From NCBI GenBank assembly GCA_045117595.1, contig JBGUNV010000002.1, forward strand, positions 2,659-66,658: DNA of 64,000 nt. The letters are read 5' to 3'. Shown here in pieces: positions 8,630 through 17,842 of this stretch. The position numbers were made by a program, and so were the translations under genes. The first letter of the stretch is position 1. Each line of letters begins with the position of its first letter. The notes under the pieces were generated by a model. That model was given only the letters and a program-made list of their open reading frames with translations. It was not told the DNA's origin and made no database searches. Origin of the DNA: Lachnospiraceae bacterium. GTDB lineage: Bacteria; Bacillota; Clostridia; Lachnospirales; Lachnospiraceae.

Positions 8630-10062
8630 GAATATATAATTCACTGACACAAAAAGTTGAGGAGTTCGTACCGAATACACCGGGGAAGGTCAGTATGTAT
8701 ACGTGCGGGCCTACCGTTTATCATTTTGCACATATCGGAAACCTGCGAAGCTATCTGATGGAGGATGTTCTCGAAAAGCTCCTGCGTTTTTCCGGATATG
8801 ATGTAAAGCGTGTCATGAATATTACCGATGTTGGTCATCTGTCATCTGATGCCGATACCGGAGAGGATAAGATGTTATCCGGTGCAAAGCGTGAGCACAA
8901 GAGTGTTATGGAGATCGCAAAGTTCTACACGGATGCCTTTTTTGCGGATTGTGAAAAACTCAACATCAAGACTCCGGATGTGGTGGAACCTGCCACAAAC
9001 TGTATCTCGGAGTTCATTCATATGATCGAGGTACTGCTTGAAAAAGGGTATGCCTACAAGGCCGGTGAGAACGTATATTTCGATACTTCAAAGCTTTCGG
9101 AATACTACGTATTCGGCAATCAGAACGAGGATGAACTCAAGGTTGCGGTAAGGGATGACGTGACCGAGGATGAGAACAAGCGGAATAAGAATGATTTTGT
9201 ACTCTGGTTCACGAAATCAAAGTTTGAGGATCAGGCGTTAAAATGGGACAGCCCCTGGGGCGTCGGCTATCCCGGATGGCATATAGAATGCTCGTGTATC
9301 AGCATGAAGCATCTCGGAGAATATATGGATATACACTGTGGCGGCGTTGACAATATTTTCCCACATCACACGAACGAGATCGCCCAGTCTGAATCATATA
9401 CGGGGCATAAATGGTGTAATTACTGGTTCCATGTGCATCACTTAAATGACGAGACGGGTAAGATGAGTAAGTCAAAAGGTGAATTCCTGACTCTGTCTCT
9501 TCTCCAGGAGAAGGGATATGATCCGCTCGTATACAGATTTTTCGCACTGCAGAGTCATTACCGCAAGCCGCTGGTTTTCAGTTATGATGCACTCGACCAG
9601 GCAACAAAGACATATAAAAAGCTTCTGGGAAGGATCGCATCCACAGATGGCAGCGGAGCAGTCGATGAGGCTGCCGTTAAAGAATGGCATGATAAATTTG
9701 CCGATACCGTCGGTAATGATGTCAATACCGCAATGGGTCTGACGCTTGTGTATGATGTGTTAAAAACTGACCTTTCGGGTGCGACCAAGCGTGCTGTCAT
9801 AGATGATTTCGATCAGGTACTCGGACTTGATCTTATAAAAAGGGCTTCGGAAATGCAGGGTTCGGGTGATGATACTGATTCTTCCGGAAACGGATGCGAT
9901 GATCCTGAATTTGCCGCAAAGGTTGAGGCACTTATCGCTGAGCGTGCCGCTGCCAAGAAGGAAAAGAACTTCGCCCGTGCAGACGAGATCAGGGTGCAGC
10001 TTCAGGCAGAGGGCGTAACACTCGTGGATACCCGCGAGGGAACGAAGTGGAATATGAATTAA
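8626..10062 (+). CDS. cysS: Cysteine--tRNA ligase
   Basis: Class I motifs HIGN ([10 protein letters not shown]) and KMSKS (GKMSKSKG), plus the Zn-site region GWHIEC. Confidence 0.95.
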   Translation: MRIYNSLTQKVEEFVPNTPGKVSMYTCGPTVYHFAHIGNLRSYLMEDVLEKLLRFSGYDVKRVMNITDVGHLSSDADTGEDKMLSGAKREHKSVMEIAKFYTDAFFADCEKLNIKTPDVVEPATNCISEFIHMIEVLLEKGYAYKAGENVYFDTSKLSEYYVFGNQNEDELKVAVRDDVTEDENKRNKNDFVLWFTKSKFEDQALKWDSPWGVGYPGWHIECSCISMKHLGEYMDIHCGGVDNIFPHHTNEIAQSESYTGHKWCNYWFHVHHLNDETGKMSKSKGEFLTLSLLQEKGYDPLVYRFFALQSHYRKPLVFSYDALDQATKTYKKLLGRIASTDGSGAVDEAAVKEWHDKFADTVGNDVNTAMGLTLVYDVLKTDLSGATKRAVIDDFDQVLGLDLIKRASEMQGSGDDTDSSGNGCDDPEFAAKVEALIAERAAAKKEKNFARADEIRVQLQAEGVTLVDTREGTKWNMN

Positions 10063-10511
10063 AAAATATGCTCGACCAGATAAAACAACAATTCGCCCTT
10101 GATGGCGCAGATCCGAACCAGTATTCTCCGCTGTCTCTGGCATTTATAGGCGACAGCATATACGGTGCGGTCATAAAGACTATGGTAATCCTCGAGGGGA
10201 ACTGTTCTGCAAACAGTCTTGACGCCAAGGCCGTTACCCATATCAGGGCCACAAGCCAGGCAAAAGCCATCGATCATCTGATCGAAAATGATCTGCTGAC
10301 GGAGGAGGAGCTTGCCATATACAAGCGCGGCAGGAACGCCAAGTCGGCAACCACGGCAAAAAATGCCCCTGTGGGTGATTACCGCAAGGCCACGGGATTA
10401 GAAGCCGTCATCGGCTATGTGTATCTCAAAGGCGACATGGAGCGTGTGATAGCGATCATCCGTGAATGTGTGGATAGTGCCAAGGGTGTCAAAAGGGACG
10501 GTTCTTTTTGA
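10047..10511 (+). CDS. mrnC: Mini-ribonuclease 3
   Basis: RNase III-like signature LAFIGDSIYGAVI. The size and the position after cysS match the Bacillus cysS-mrnC-rlmB-sigH order. Confidence 0.85.
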   Translation: MEYELKNMLDQIKQQFALDGADPNQYSPLSLAFIGDSIYGAVIKTMVILEGNCSANSLDAKAVTHIRATSQAKAIDHLIENDLLTEEELAIYKRGRNAKSATTAKNAPVGDYRKATGLEAVIGYVYLKGDMERVIAIIRECVDSAKGVKRDGSF

Positions 10512-10558
10512 CAACTTTTTTGTTAGTTTAGTGAATAGATGGAATATGATGGGAAAAG

Positions 10559-11335
10559 TTGTCAAGAAGAACCGTCCCTTTTGACACTGTTGATGGTATG
10601 GATGAATTTACGATAGAAGGCCGCAATGCGGTTATAGAGGCGATAAGGTCGGGAAGGCCCATCGATAAGCTGTTTATACTCGACGGCTGTAACGACGGAC
10701 CGGTAAGTACCATAAAGCGCGAAGCCAAAAAGCACGATATCATGGTTAAGTATGTCGAAAAGGACAGACTTGATGCATTGTCTGATACAGGCCATCATCA
10801 AGGCGTTATCGCTAAGTGCGCGGCATATGAGTATGCGCAGGTTTCGGATATATTGGAGAAGGCGCGAGATAAGGGCGAGGATCCGTTTATCATCATTCTC
10901 GATAATATCGAGGATCCGCATAACCTCGGAGCGATCATAAGAAGTGCCAATCTTGCGGGGGCTCACGGTGTCATAATACCGAAAAACCGTGCCGTGGGGC
11001 TTACGGCGACTGTTGCCAGAACAAGTGCGGGTGCACTCAACTACACTCCCGTAGCAAGGGTTACCAACATTGCAAGGACTATAGAGGATCTGAAAAAAGA
11101 GGGTATCTGGTTTGCCTGTGCCGACATGGATGGAAATGAAATGTATTCATGCGACCTGCGTGGACCGATCGGCCTTGTGATCGGAAGCGAAGGTGAGGGC
11201 GTTGGCAGACTTGTGAAGGAAAAATGCGACCATATCTGCCGCATTCCCATGAAAGGTGATATAGATTCACTCAATGCGTCCGTTGCAGCGGGCGTCCTGA
11301 TGTACGAAGTTGTAAGACAGAGGCAGATAGGGTAG
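10559..11335 (+). CDS. rlmB: 23S rRNA 2'-O-methyltransferase, TrmH/SpoU family (RlmB/YacO-like)
   Basis: SpoU motifs IEDPHNLGAIIRSA, LVIGSEGEGV and SLNASVAAGVLMYE. The start is uncertain, either TTG at 10559 or ATG at 10598. Confidence 0.85.
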   Translation: MSRRTVPFDTVDGMDEFTIEGRNAVIEAIRSGRPIDKLFILDGCNDGPVSTIKREAKKHDIMVKYVEKDRLDALSDTGHHQGVIAKCAAYEYAQVSDILEKARDKGEDPFIIILDNIEDPHNLGAIIRSANLAGAHGVIIPKNRAVGLTATVARTSAGALNYTPVARVTNIARTIEDLKKEGIWFACADMDGNEMYSCDLRGPIGLVIGSEGEGVGRLVKEKCDHICRIPMKGDIDSLNASVAAGVLMYEVVRQRQIG

Positions 11336-11340
11336 GGAAT

Positions 11341-11967
11341 ATGATCAATTATGATACTGCATCTGATGAAGAGCTTATCATCGCTCTGCGCGACGGCGAC
11401 GGAAAGATCATAGATTTTATCATCGAGAAGTACAAGGAACTTGTCCGGATGAAGGCCGGGAGCATGTTCATTCTGGGCGCCGACAAGGAGGATCTGATCC
11501 AGGAGGGCATGATTGGGCTGTATAATGCCGTAAGGGATTATGATCCGGGCAGGGACGCGAGCTTTCATACCTTTGCGGATCTGTGTGTTTCCAGGCAGAT
11601 CTATAAGGCAGTAGAGGCGCAGAACCGTAAAAAACATGCCCCGCTCAATTCCTATGTTTCCATATATGAAGATGAGGCAGATAACGCTGATCATGAAGAA
11701 AACGCGAGCATAGCCGAGATGATCCTAGCCAGTGCCGGGATGAGTCCCGAGGATGTCGTTATAGATAACGAGCAGACGCAGCATCTCGAGCAGGAGATAT
11801 ATGACAGCCTCAGCGAATTCGAACGGAAAGTCCTCAATCTGCGCCTGACGGGACTTGATTATACTGATATAGCGAGGATCCTGGGCCGTGATGCCAAATC
11901 GACGGATAATGCCCTGTCGAGAATAAAGGTCAAGGTCAGGAAGATACTGGAAAAGAAAGCATTATGA
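11341..11967 (+). CDS. sigH: Sporulation/transition-state sigma factor SigH
   Basis: Region 2 DLIQEGMIGLYNAVRDYDP..SFHTFADLCVSRQI and RKKHAPLNSY closely resemble SigH. The synteny is conserved. Confidence 0.85.
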   Translation: MINYDTASDEELIIALRDGDGKIIDFIIEKYKELVRMKAGSMFILGADKEDLIQEGMIGLYNAVRDYDPGRDASFHTFADLCVSRQIYKAVEAQNRKKHAPLNSYVSIYEDEADNADHEENASIAEMILASAGMSPEDVVIDNEQTQHLEQEIYDSLSEFERKVLNLRLTGLDYTDIARILGRDAKSTDNALSRIKVKVRKILEKKAL

Positions 11968-12935
11968 AAAAGATCAGGGTAGCCTTTTCGGATTTCTGGG
12001 ATGTGTTTGATCCGAACGAAAACTTTCTGATGGATGCGCTTAAGAAGCATTTTGAAGTTGAGATCAGTGATGATCCCGACTTTGTTTTCTGTTCCATTTT
12101 CGGGAGAAGATATCTCAAATATGACTGCGCCAGGATATATTACACGGGTGAAAACATTGTGCCGGATTTTAACCTCGTGGATTACGGGATGGGATTTCCG
12201 GAGATGGACTTTTATGACAGATATTTAAGGCTCCCGCATTATGTGCTCTATCCGCGTGCAGTAAAACTTGCCACAACCGCTGCCGACATGACGGATCAGG
12301 AGCTGATCAGCAGAAAATTCTGTAATTATGTTATAAGCAATGCCCTTTCCGATCCCGCGCGCGGACAGATGATCGAAAAGCTCGGTCAATATAAGGAACT
12401 GGCCTCCGGCGGCCGCTATCATAACAATGTCGGAGGACCTGTTGCCGACAAGATCGAATTTGCCAGAGGATATAAGTTCTCGATCACATTTGAAAACAGC
12501 GGATCGAGGGGATATACCACTGAGAAGATAATGGAAAGCTTTGCTTCGCATTCGGTTCCCATCTACTGGGGCAATCCCGATATCGCAAGCGAGTTTAATC
12601 CCGACTGCTTCATCAACTGTCATGATTTTAAGGATTTTGATGAGGCGGTGGAGTATATTAAAAAGATCGATAATGATGATGAACTGTATCTGAAGATGGC
12701 AAAGGCACCGATAGTACGCGAAGACTCCGCGGCTGCAAAGTGCCTTGCAGAAGATTATCTGGCTGATTTTCTGTATAATATCTGCTCACAGGATCCTGCA
12801 TCTGCGATCAGACGTAATCGTATATATCAGGGTCAGTACTACGAAGATGAGGCGAGATTCCATGAAAGGACAGATGCAATTCTACGGCTTCCGAGGAGAG
12901 CTTTCAGGGGGATCCGTAACCGTTTGAGGAAATAA
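11964..12935 (+). CDS. Glycosyltransferase family 10 (alpha-1,3/4-fucosyltransferase-like)
   Basis: GT10 signatures FSDFWDVFDPNENF and KFSITFENSGSRGYTTEKIMESF. The ATG overlaps the sigH stop (ATGA). Confidence 0.75.
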   Translation: MKKIRVAFSDFWDVFDPNENFLMDALKKHFEVEISDDPDFVFCSIFGRRYLKYDCARIYYTGENIVPDFNLVDYGMGFPEMDFYDRYLRLPHYVLYPRAVKLATTAADMTDQELISRKFCNYVISNALSDPARGQMIEKLGQYKELASGGRYHNNVGGPVADKIEFARGYKFSITFENSGSRGYTTEKIMESFASHSVPIYWGNPDIASEFNPDCFINCHDFKDFDEAVEYIKKIDNDDELYLKMAKAPIVREDSAAAKCLAEDYLADFLYNICSQDPASAIRRNRIYQGQYYEDEARFHERTDAILRLPRRAFRGIRNRLRK

Positions 12936-14010
12936 ATAAAAGCGCGATCCGCCTGAGGCATTTATACATTCGCTGTCTGATATGCAGCCTGTCCTCGACC
13001 TTCCTTTGCAACATGTCATAGATAACCGATAATCCCAGAGATATTAAGAATATAATAAGCGTCAGTACCATGATGTTAAGCGCTGCCGGAAGGAGAGAAT
13101 ACAGCCGGTCCTCCGCCTTCATGATCGATGCAATCCTGGTGATAAGGTCAAGCACTCCGGCATGGAAAAGGTATATGTAAAAACAAAGTCCGGACAGTTT
13201 CTTCATATCCGAATCGATCTTAAAATGAGCCATGGATCCGAACATCAAGAGCGGACACAATATGACCATGATCCTCAAAACAGTGTTCAGTGTTACCGGA
13301 AGATCGTTGCCGGAATATGCCATGTATCTGGCGATCGAACCGATCATAAGGAATAAAAACGATGCCAGAAGCAATATGATCCCCCTGAGGTTGTTCTTGC
13401 GGCTTCTTTTGTATATAACATACCCCGCGAATACATAACCGACGTATCTGTATGCCGAACCCGGATCGTACTGGAGCATATGGGAGCTGGTCATATCGGA
13501 AACGGTCGATGATATGAATATCAGTATGGCGATCCGCTCAAATGCGGTCTCTCCGAGCATCTGACGCAGCCTGATGATCGCAGGGATGAACAGATGTATA
13601 CACAGGAGCGTGTACAGATACCACATGTGGAAAAATGGCCTCCCCTGCAGGGTTTCAAGGATCTCGTACCTGATGCCCGCACTGTCGTGCATCATAGCTG
13701 AAGGTATGATGGAGTATGCGATATAATATATGCTGAAGATTAACGTGGGGATTGCGATCGTTTGAGCCGAGTGTTTGTAGAACGTTTTGAAAGAGGCATA
13801 TCTGTCATTTGCAAGCAGAAACGCTCCGGTGATCACAAGAAAAATGCTGACACCGCAGTCAGTCATGTTCATCATGAACGAAAGCAGAAAAGACGGAGCC
13901 ATGGAACCGTCATGCATCATCAGATCATACGGTCCTGACACGTGTATGGCAATGACAAAAACAGATGCCACGATCCTGAGAAGATCTATGCTGTTATCCC
14001 TTTTATCCAT
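12904..14010 (-). CDS. Acyltransferase family 3 membrane O-acyltransferase
   Basis: Start chosen at MDKRDNSIDLLRIVASVFVIAIHV, the typical AT3 N-terminus. About 10 TM helices. The 3' end overlaps the convergent GT10 gene by 32 nt. Confidence 0.75.
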   Translation of the reverse strand: MDKRDNSIDLLRIVASVFVIAIHVSGPYDLMMHDGSMAPSFLLSFMMNMTDCGVSIFLVITGAFLLANDRYASFKTFYKHSAQTIAIPTLIFSIYYIAYSIIPSAMMHDSAGIRYEILETLQGRPFFHMWYLYTLLCIHLFIPAIIRLRQMLGETAFERIAILIFISSTVSDMTSSHMLQYDPGSAYRYVGYVFAGYVIYKRSRKNNLRGIILLLASFLFLMIGSIARYMAYSGNDLPVTLNTVLRIMVILCPLLMFGSMAHFKIDSDMKKLSGLCFYIYLFHAGVLDLITRIASIMKAEDRLYSLLPAALNIMVLTLIIFLISLGLSVIYDMLQRKVEDRLHIRQRMYKCLRRIALLFISSNGYGSP

Positions 14011-14102
14011 GTAAAAATCACCGATCCCGTAAGCTCCGGCCCTTTTGACCTTTGTGAGATTATAACTTTTTTTGGGGACGAGTTCAATAACAGTCATTTT
14101 AT

Positions 14103-14131
14103 TTGCTTTTTTTCATCTACTATGGTAGAAT
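14103..14131 (+). promoter_or_regulatory. Putative promoter of tRNA-Thr
   Basis: TTGCTT (14103-14108), a 17-nt spacer, then TAGAAT (14126-14131) with an upstream TG. It lies 12 nt before the tRNA 5' end. Confidence 0.5.
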
Positions 14132-14143
14132 CTTCTAGGTTTA

Positions 14144-14216
14144 GCTGACGTGGCACAGTAGGTAGCGCACCGCATTGGTAGTGCGGAGGTCTCGGGTCCG
14201 ATTCCCGACGTCAGCA
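14144..14216 (+). tRNA. tRNA-Thr (anticodon GGT)
   Basis: Manual cloverleaf. Acceptor GCTGACG pairs with CGTCAGC. The anticodon stem is CCGCA/TGCGG with loop TTGGTAG. The T-stem is TCGGG/CCCGA, and the T-loop is the unusual TCCGATT. Confidence 0.8.
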
Positions 14217-14226
14217 TTTGAAGACA

Positions 14227-14277
14227 GGGAGACACCGCAAACCCCTTTTGCAAAGCGGGACTCCCTTCTTTTTTTAT
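14227..14277 (+). terminator. Intrinsic terminator after tRNA-Thr
   Basis: Composite hairpin GGGAG..CCGC...GCGG..CTCCC followed by TTCTTTTTTTATT. Confidence 0.6.
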
Positions 14278-14278
14278 T

Positions 14279-15667
14279 ATGAGAAAACTTATAGGAAACA
14301 GACAATTTTATAAGACCCTGTTTTCCATCGCCCTGCCGATCATGATCCAGAACGGCATCTCAAATGTCGTCAACATGCTCGACAACCTTATGGTAGGACG
14401 TATTGGTACGGAGCAGCTGTCGGGCGTTTCCATCGTGAACGACCTTATGTTCGTGTACCAGCTTTGCCTGTTCGGAGCGATAAGCGGAGCCGGGATTTTT
14501 ACTGCGCAGTACTATGGCCAGAAAAATACCGAAGGCATCAGGAATACCTTTCGCATAAAGGTGGTCATCTGCGGTGTTATCATGCTCGCGGGACTCCTGC
14601 TATTCGGTTTCAGGGACAAAACGCTGATATCATATTATCTTCATGAAGGGTCTGAAAGCGGTGATCTTGCTGCAACACTCGGATATGCACATGTCTATAT
14701 GATGATAATGCTGGGCGGACTCCTTCCGCAGGCTGCCGAGTTCGTATATTCTTCGACCCTGCGTGAGACGGGAGAGACACTCGTTCCGATGAGGGCCAGC
14801 TTTGTTGCGGTATTCCTCAACCTTGTTCTGAACTATATACTGATATACGGAAAGCTCGGGTTCCCGGTAATGGGTGTTGCCGGGGCAGCTGTTGCCACGG
14901 TCATCTCCAGGATAGTTCAGGCGGGCATAGTTATGCTGTGGACACACAGACATGCAAATCTTATGCCTTATATAACGGGAGTTTATTCGACCTTTAAGGT
15001 CGGTTCGGGACTTATCAAAAAAGTATGTATCACCGGTCTTCCGCTTGTGATAAACGAGAGTCTCTGGTCTATCGGAATAGTGCTTCAGAAGCAGAGCTAT
15101 TCAACCAGGGGGCTTGCTGTTGTTGCCGGACTTAATATCAATTCGACGTTCTTTAACGTTTTTTCGATCTGTTTCGTAGCGTTTGGGGATGCCGTTGCCA
15201 TAATCGTCGGCCAGCTTCTCGGTGCCGGCAAAATGGATGAGGCCAAGGATACCGGAATTAAGATCAATGCGTTTGTGACGCTTTCGTGTACCGTTATGGG
15301 AGCGATACTTGTTGCGGTAGCACCGCTTCTTCCGCAGTTTTACAATACCACAGCCGAAGTAAAGGCGCTTGCCCGTGATTTTCTCCGTATAACGGGCATC
15401 ATGATGCCGCTGTTCGGACTGTGTCACAGCCTGTATTTCACGATACGGGCAGGAGGCAGGACGATTATAACGTTTTTGTTCGACAGTGCATTTCTGATGG
15501 TCATCGGCGTTCCGCTTGCCTTCGTACTTACAAGGTATACAGGCCTTAGCATAGTGACCGTTTACGCGATATGTGAAGGAACCGCGCTGATCAAGGTTAT
15601 CATCGGTTTTATCATTTCCGCGAGCGGAGTGTGGATGCAGAACATAGTGGCAACTGAAGAAACATGA
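14279..15667 (+). CDS. MATE family efflux transporter
   Basis: 462 aa with 12 TM segments. The N-terminus FYKTLFSIALPIMIQNGISNVVNMLDNLMVGRIG is typical of MatE. No obvious Shine-Dalgarno sequence precedes the ATG. Confidence 0.9.
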   Translation: MRKLIGNRQFYKTLFSIALPIMIQNGISNVVNMLDNLMVGRIGTEQLSGVSIVNDLMFVYQLCLFGAISGAGIFTAQYYGQKNTEGIRNTFRIKVVICGVIMLAGLLLFGFRDKTLISYYLHEGSESGDLAATLGYAHVYMMIMLGGLLPQAAEFVYSSTLRETGETLVPMRASFVAVFLNLVLNYILIYGKLGFPVMGVAGAAVATVISRIVQAGIVMLWTHRHANLMPYITGVYSTFKVGSGLIKKVCITGLPLVINESLWSIGIVLQKQSYSTRGLAVVAGLNINSTFFNVFSICFVAFGDAVAIIVGQLLGAGKMDEAKDTGIKINAFVTLSCTVMGAILVAVAPLLPQFYNTTAEVKALARDFLRITGIMMPLFGLCHSLYFTIRAGGRTIITFLFDSAFLMVIGVPLAFVLTRYTGLSIVTVYAICEGTALIKVIIGFIISASGVWMQNIVATEET

Positions 15668-15740
15668 ATATTCCCGGGATCGCGGGCTGTTTGCATAAAG
15701 AATCCTGTTGTGGTAGTATTTGATAAATGAATATTGAATG

Positions 15741-15935
15741 ACGGACGGTGCCGGCGCACAGACCAGGTGATCATGATATACAGGTCTTGGCAACGGTTAA
15801 AAGGGAAACAGGTGCAAAACCTGTGCGAACTCGTCACTGTAAGCGAGGAGTGTGAACATCGTAATATGTCACTGGGTATACCGGGAAGGCAGATGTTCAT
15901 TCGAGGATCCGCGAGCCAGGAGACCTGCCGCCCGT
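15741..15935 (+). promoter_or_regulatory. Cobalamin (B12) riboswitch aptamer
   Basis: Conserved core elements GGTGCC, AAAAGGGAAACAGGTGCAAAACCTGTGC, CACTGT, GTCACTGG, GGGAAGGC and the B12 box GAGCCAGGAGACCTGCCG. A P1-like pairing joins ACGGACGG (15741-15748) and CCGCCCGT (15928-15935). Confidence 0.85.
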
Positions 15936-16103
15936 AGCAGTACTGGATGCAGCATTTCCTGCATCCGTGTCACGAGTAATTGACTGTACTATATGTAGCA
16001 AGGAGGGGCCCGCGAAGCGGGAGGAGACCTTGCTACACCGCGAGGCCTATCGCGAAGCGATTTCTGATGGCCGAGCGACCTTGTATATCTGTGTCAATTT
16101 ACT

Positions 16104-16135
16104 CATCCGGCAAATGTCGGGTGATTTTTTATTTT
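16104..16135 (+). terminator. Intrinsic terminator, probable riboswitch expression platform
   Basis: Hairpin CATCCGGC-AAAT-GTCGGGTG followed by ATTTTTTATTTT. It lies 17 nt upstream of the cbiK-like ATG. Confidence 0.65.
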
Positions 16136-16151
16136 ATAATGTTATGGAGGT

Positions 16152-17810
16152 ATGATAATGAAAAAGAAGATTGTTGCTGTGATCATGGCTGTTGCCGTAT
16201 CTGCTGTGCTTAGTGCATGTGCAGGAGTAAATGTTAACGTTACTCCCAGAGCAGGTGAGGCAGAAGAATCTACAGGTGCGACAGAAAATCCCGTAAGGGG
16301 AGGAGATGATGGTCCGGATCTGGATCAGGTAAAGGCTGATGCCGTGGCTGAGCTTATTGATGCCATCTATGTTCAGGAGCGCAATGATGAGACCGATGCA
16401 CAGTGTGAGCTTGCAAAACAGGAATGGGATCTCCTTACCGATGAGCAGAAGGAACTTGTTGAAGGCGAATTTGCGGATCCCGATTATTTCGGAAGAGATA
16501 CAGGCGATGCCTCGGCAGATGATCCGTTAAATGCGGATGACATCGGACGTGATGAGATACTTGTCGTAAGTTTCGGCACATCATTCAATGATTCGAGGGT
16601 TGAGGACATAAGCGGAGTTGAAAAGGCCATCCAGGAAGCTTTTCCCGACTGGTCCGTAAGACGCGCATTTACCGCTCAGATCATAATCAATCATATCCAG
16701 GCCAGAGACGGAGAGAAGATCGATAACATGGATCAGGCTCTCGAGCGGGCTGTTGCAAACGGGGTGAAAAATCTCGTGATCCAGCCGACACACCTGATGC
16801 ACGGGGCTGAATATGACGAACTTGTTGCGGCAGTTGATGCATATTCGGACAAGTTTGAAACGATAGCAGTTGCGCAGCCGTTGCTTGGAGAAGTAGGAAA
16901 AGATGCTTCCGTTATCAATGACGACAAAAAGACGGTTGCCGAAGCCATCACGGCCGAGGCGGTTAAAACTGCGGGTTATGACAGCCTGGATGCAGCCGAA
17001 AAGGACGGGACCGCATTTGTATTTATGGGTCATGGTACAGCTCATACTGCCAAGGTAAGTTATGACCAGATGTCATCTCAGATGGAGGATCTCGGATATA
17101 AGAATGTTTTCATCGGAACGGTTGAAGGTGAACCTGAGGATACGGCCTGCGAAAATGTCATAGAGAAGGTTAAGGAGGCCGGTTATAAGAAGGTCATTCT
17201 CCGTCCGCTTATGGTAGTTGCAGGGGATCATGCAAACAACGACATGGCAGGCGATGAAGACGACAGCTGGAAGAGCATGTTTACCGCATCAGGAGCATTT
17301 GATCAGATTGACTGCCAGATAGCAGGCCTTGGAAGGATCGATGCAATAAAGAATCTGTATATAGAGCATACAAAGGCAGCTATAGATGGTATGGATCAGG
17401 CAGGTGCTGATAAGGAAGATGGTGCGGAGTCTGCAGGAGAGGCGGGCGAGCTTGCCGATGGTACTTATGAAGCAGAATTTACAACAGACAGCTCCATGTT
17501 CCATGTTAACGAGGCAAAGGACGGAAAGGGCGAGCTTACAGTAAAGGACGGAAAGATGACGATCCATGTAAGCCTTGCAACCAAGAATATAGTTAACCTC
17601 TACCCGGGACTGGCTTCGGATGCCGAAAAGGACGGAGCCGAGCTGCTCGAGCCTACTGTTGATACCGTGGAGTATTCGGATGGTACGACTGAGGAGGTAT
17701 ACGGATTTGATGTTCCCGTTCCCGCTCTTGACGAGGAGTTTGATCTTGCCATAATAGGAACCAAGAACAAATGGTATGACCACAAGGTGAGTGTATCTGT
17801 AGTAGAATAA
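16152..17810 (+). CDS. Lipoprotein with a CbiK-type (class II anaerobic) chelatase core and an extra C-terminal domain
   Basis: Signal peptide plus lipobox (AVSAVLSAC). CbiK-like blocks ILVVSFGTSFNDSR, LVIQPTHLMHGAEY and FVFMGHGTAH. The C-terminal region of about 115 aa is homologous by eye to the N-terminus of the next ORF. Confidence 0.7.
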   Translation: MIMKKKIVAVIMAVAVSAVLSACAGVNVNVTPRAGEAEESTGATENPVRGGDDGPDLDQVKADAVAELIDAIYVQERNDETDAQCELAKQEWDLLTDEQKELVEGEFADPDYFGRDTGDASADDPLNADDIGRDEILVVSFGTSFNDSRVEDISGVEKAIQEAFPDWSVRRAFTAQIIINHIQARDGEKIDNMDQALERAVANGVKNLVIQPTHLMHGAEYDELVAAVDAYSDKFETIAVAQPLLGEVGKDASVINDDKKTVAEAITAEAVKTAGYDSLDAAEKDGTAFVFMGHGTAHTAKVSYDQMSSQMEDLGYKNVFIGTVEGEPEDTACENVIEKVKEAGYKKVILRPLMVVAGDHANNDMAGDEDDSWKSMFTASGAFDQIDCQIAGLGRIDAIKNLYIEHTKAAIDGMDQAGADKEDGAESAGEAGELADGTYEAEFTTDSSMFHVNEAKDGKGELTVKDGKMTIHVSLATKNIVNLYPGLASDAEKDGAELLEPTVDTVEYSDGTTEEVYGFDVPVPALDEEFDLAIIGTKNKWYDHKVSVSVVE

Positions 17811-17842
17811 TCATAACAGGGTAACAAAGGATCGTATATTAT

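Noticed and set aside
11041-11694. 217-aa - strand ORF antisense to rlmB/sigH. Similar long antisense ORFs lie at 15101-15793, 20436-20981, 22594-23154, 32565-33137 and 52007-52729.
   Set aside because: Each lies entirely opposite a + strand gene with unmistakable family motifs. Their translations are low-complexity or Arg/Ser/Pro-rich with no recognisable motifs. They are shadow ORFs.
14279-14300. The MATE gene ATG directly abuts the tRNA-Thr terminator T-run, with no Shine-Dalgarno sequence. I considered a mis-called start or a leaderless mRNA.
   Set aside because: The N-terminal sequence from this ATG matches the usual MatE N-terminus, and no better in-frame start exists downstream. There is not enough evidence to claim anything unusual.
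15995-16036. B12-box-like GGGAGGAGACCTTGC inside a 9-bp helix. I considered it as a second, tandem cobalamin riboswitch.
   Set aside because: None of the other conserved aptamer blocks (GGGAA..GGTG.AA.CC, CACTG, GGGAAGGC) accompany it. I treat it as part of the expression platform or spacer; it is covered by the finding at 15936-16135.
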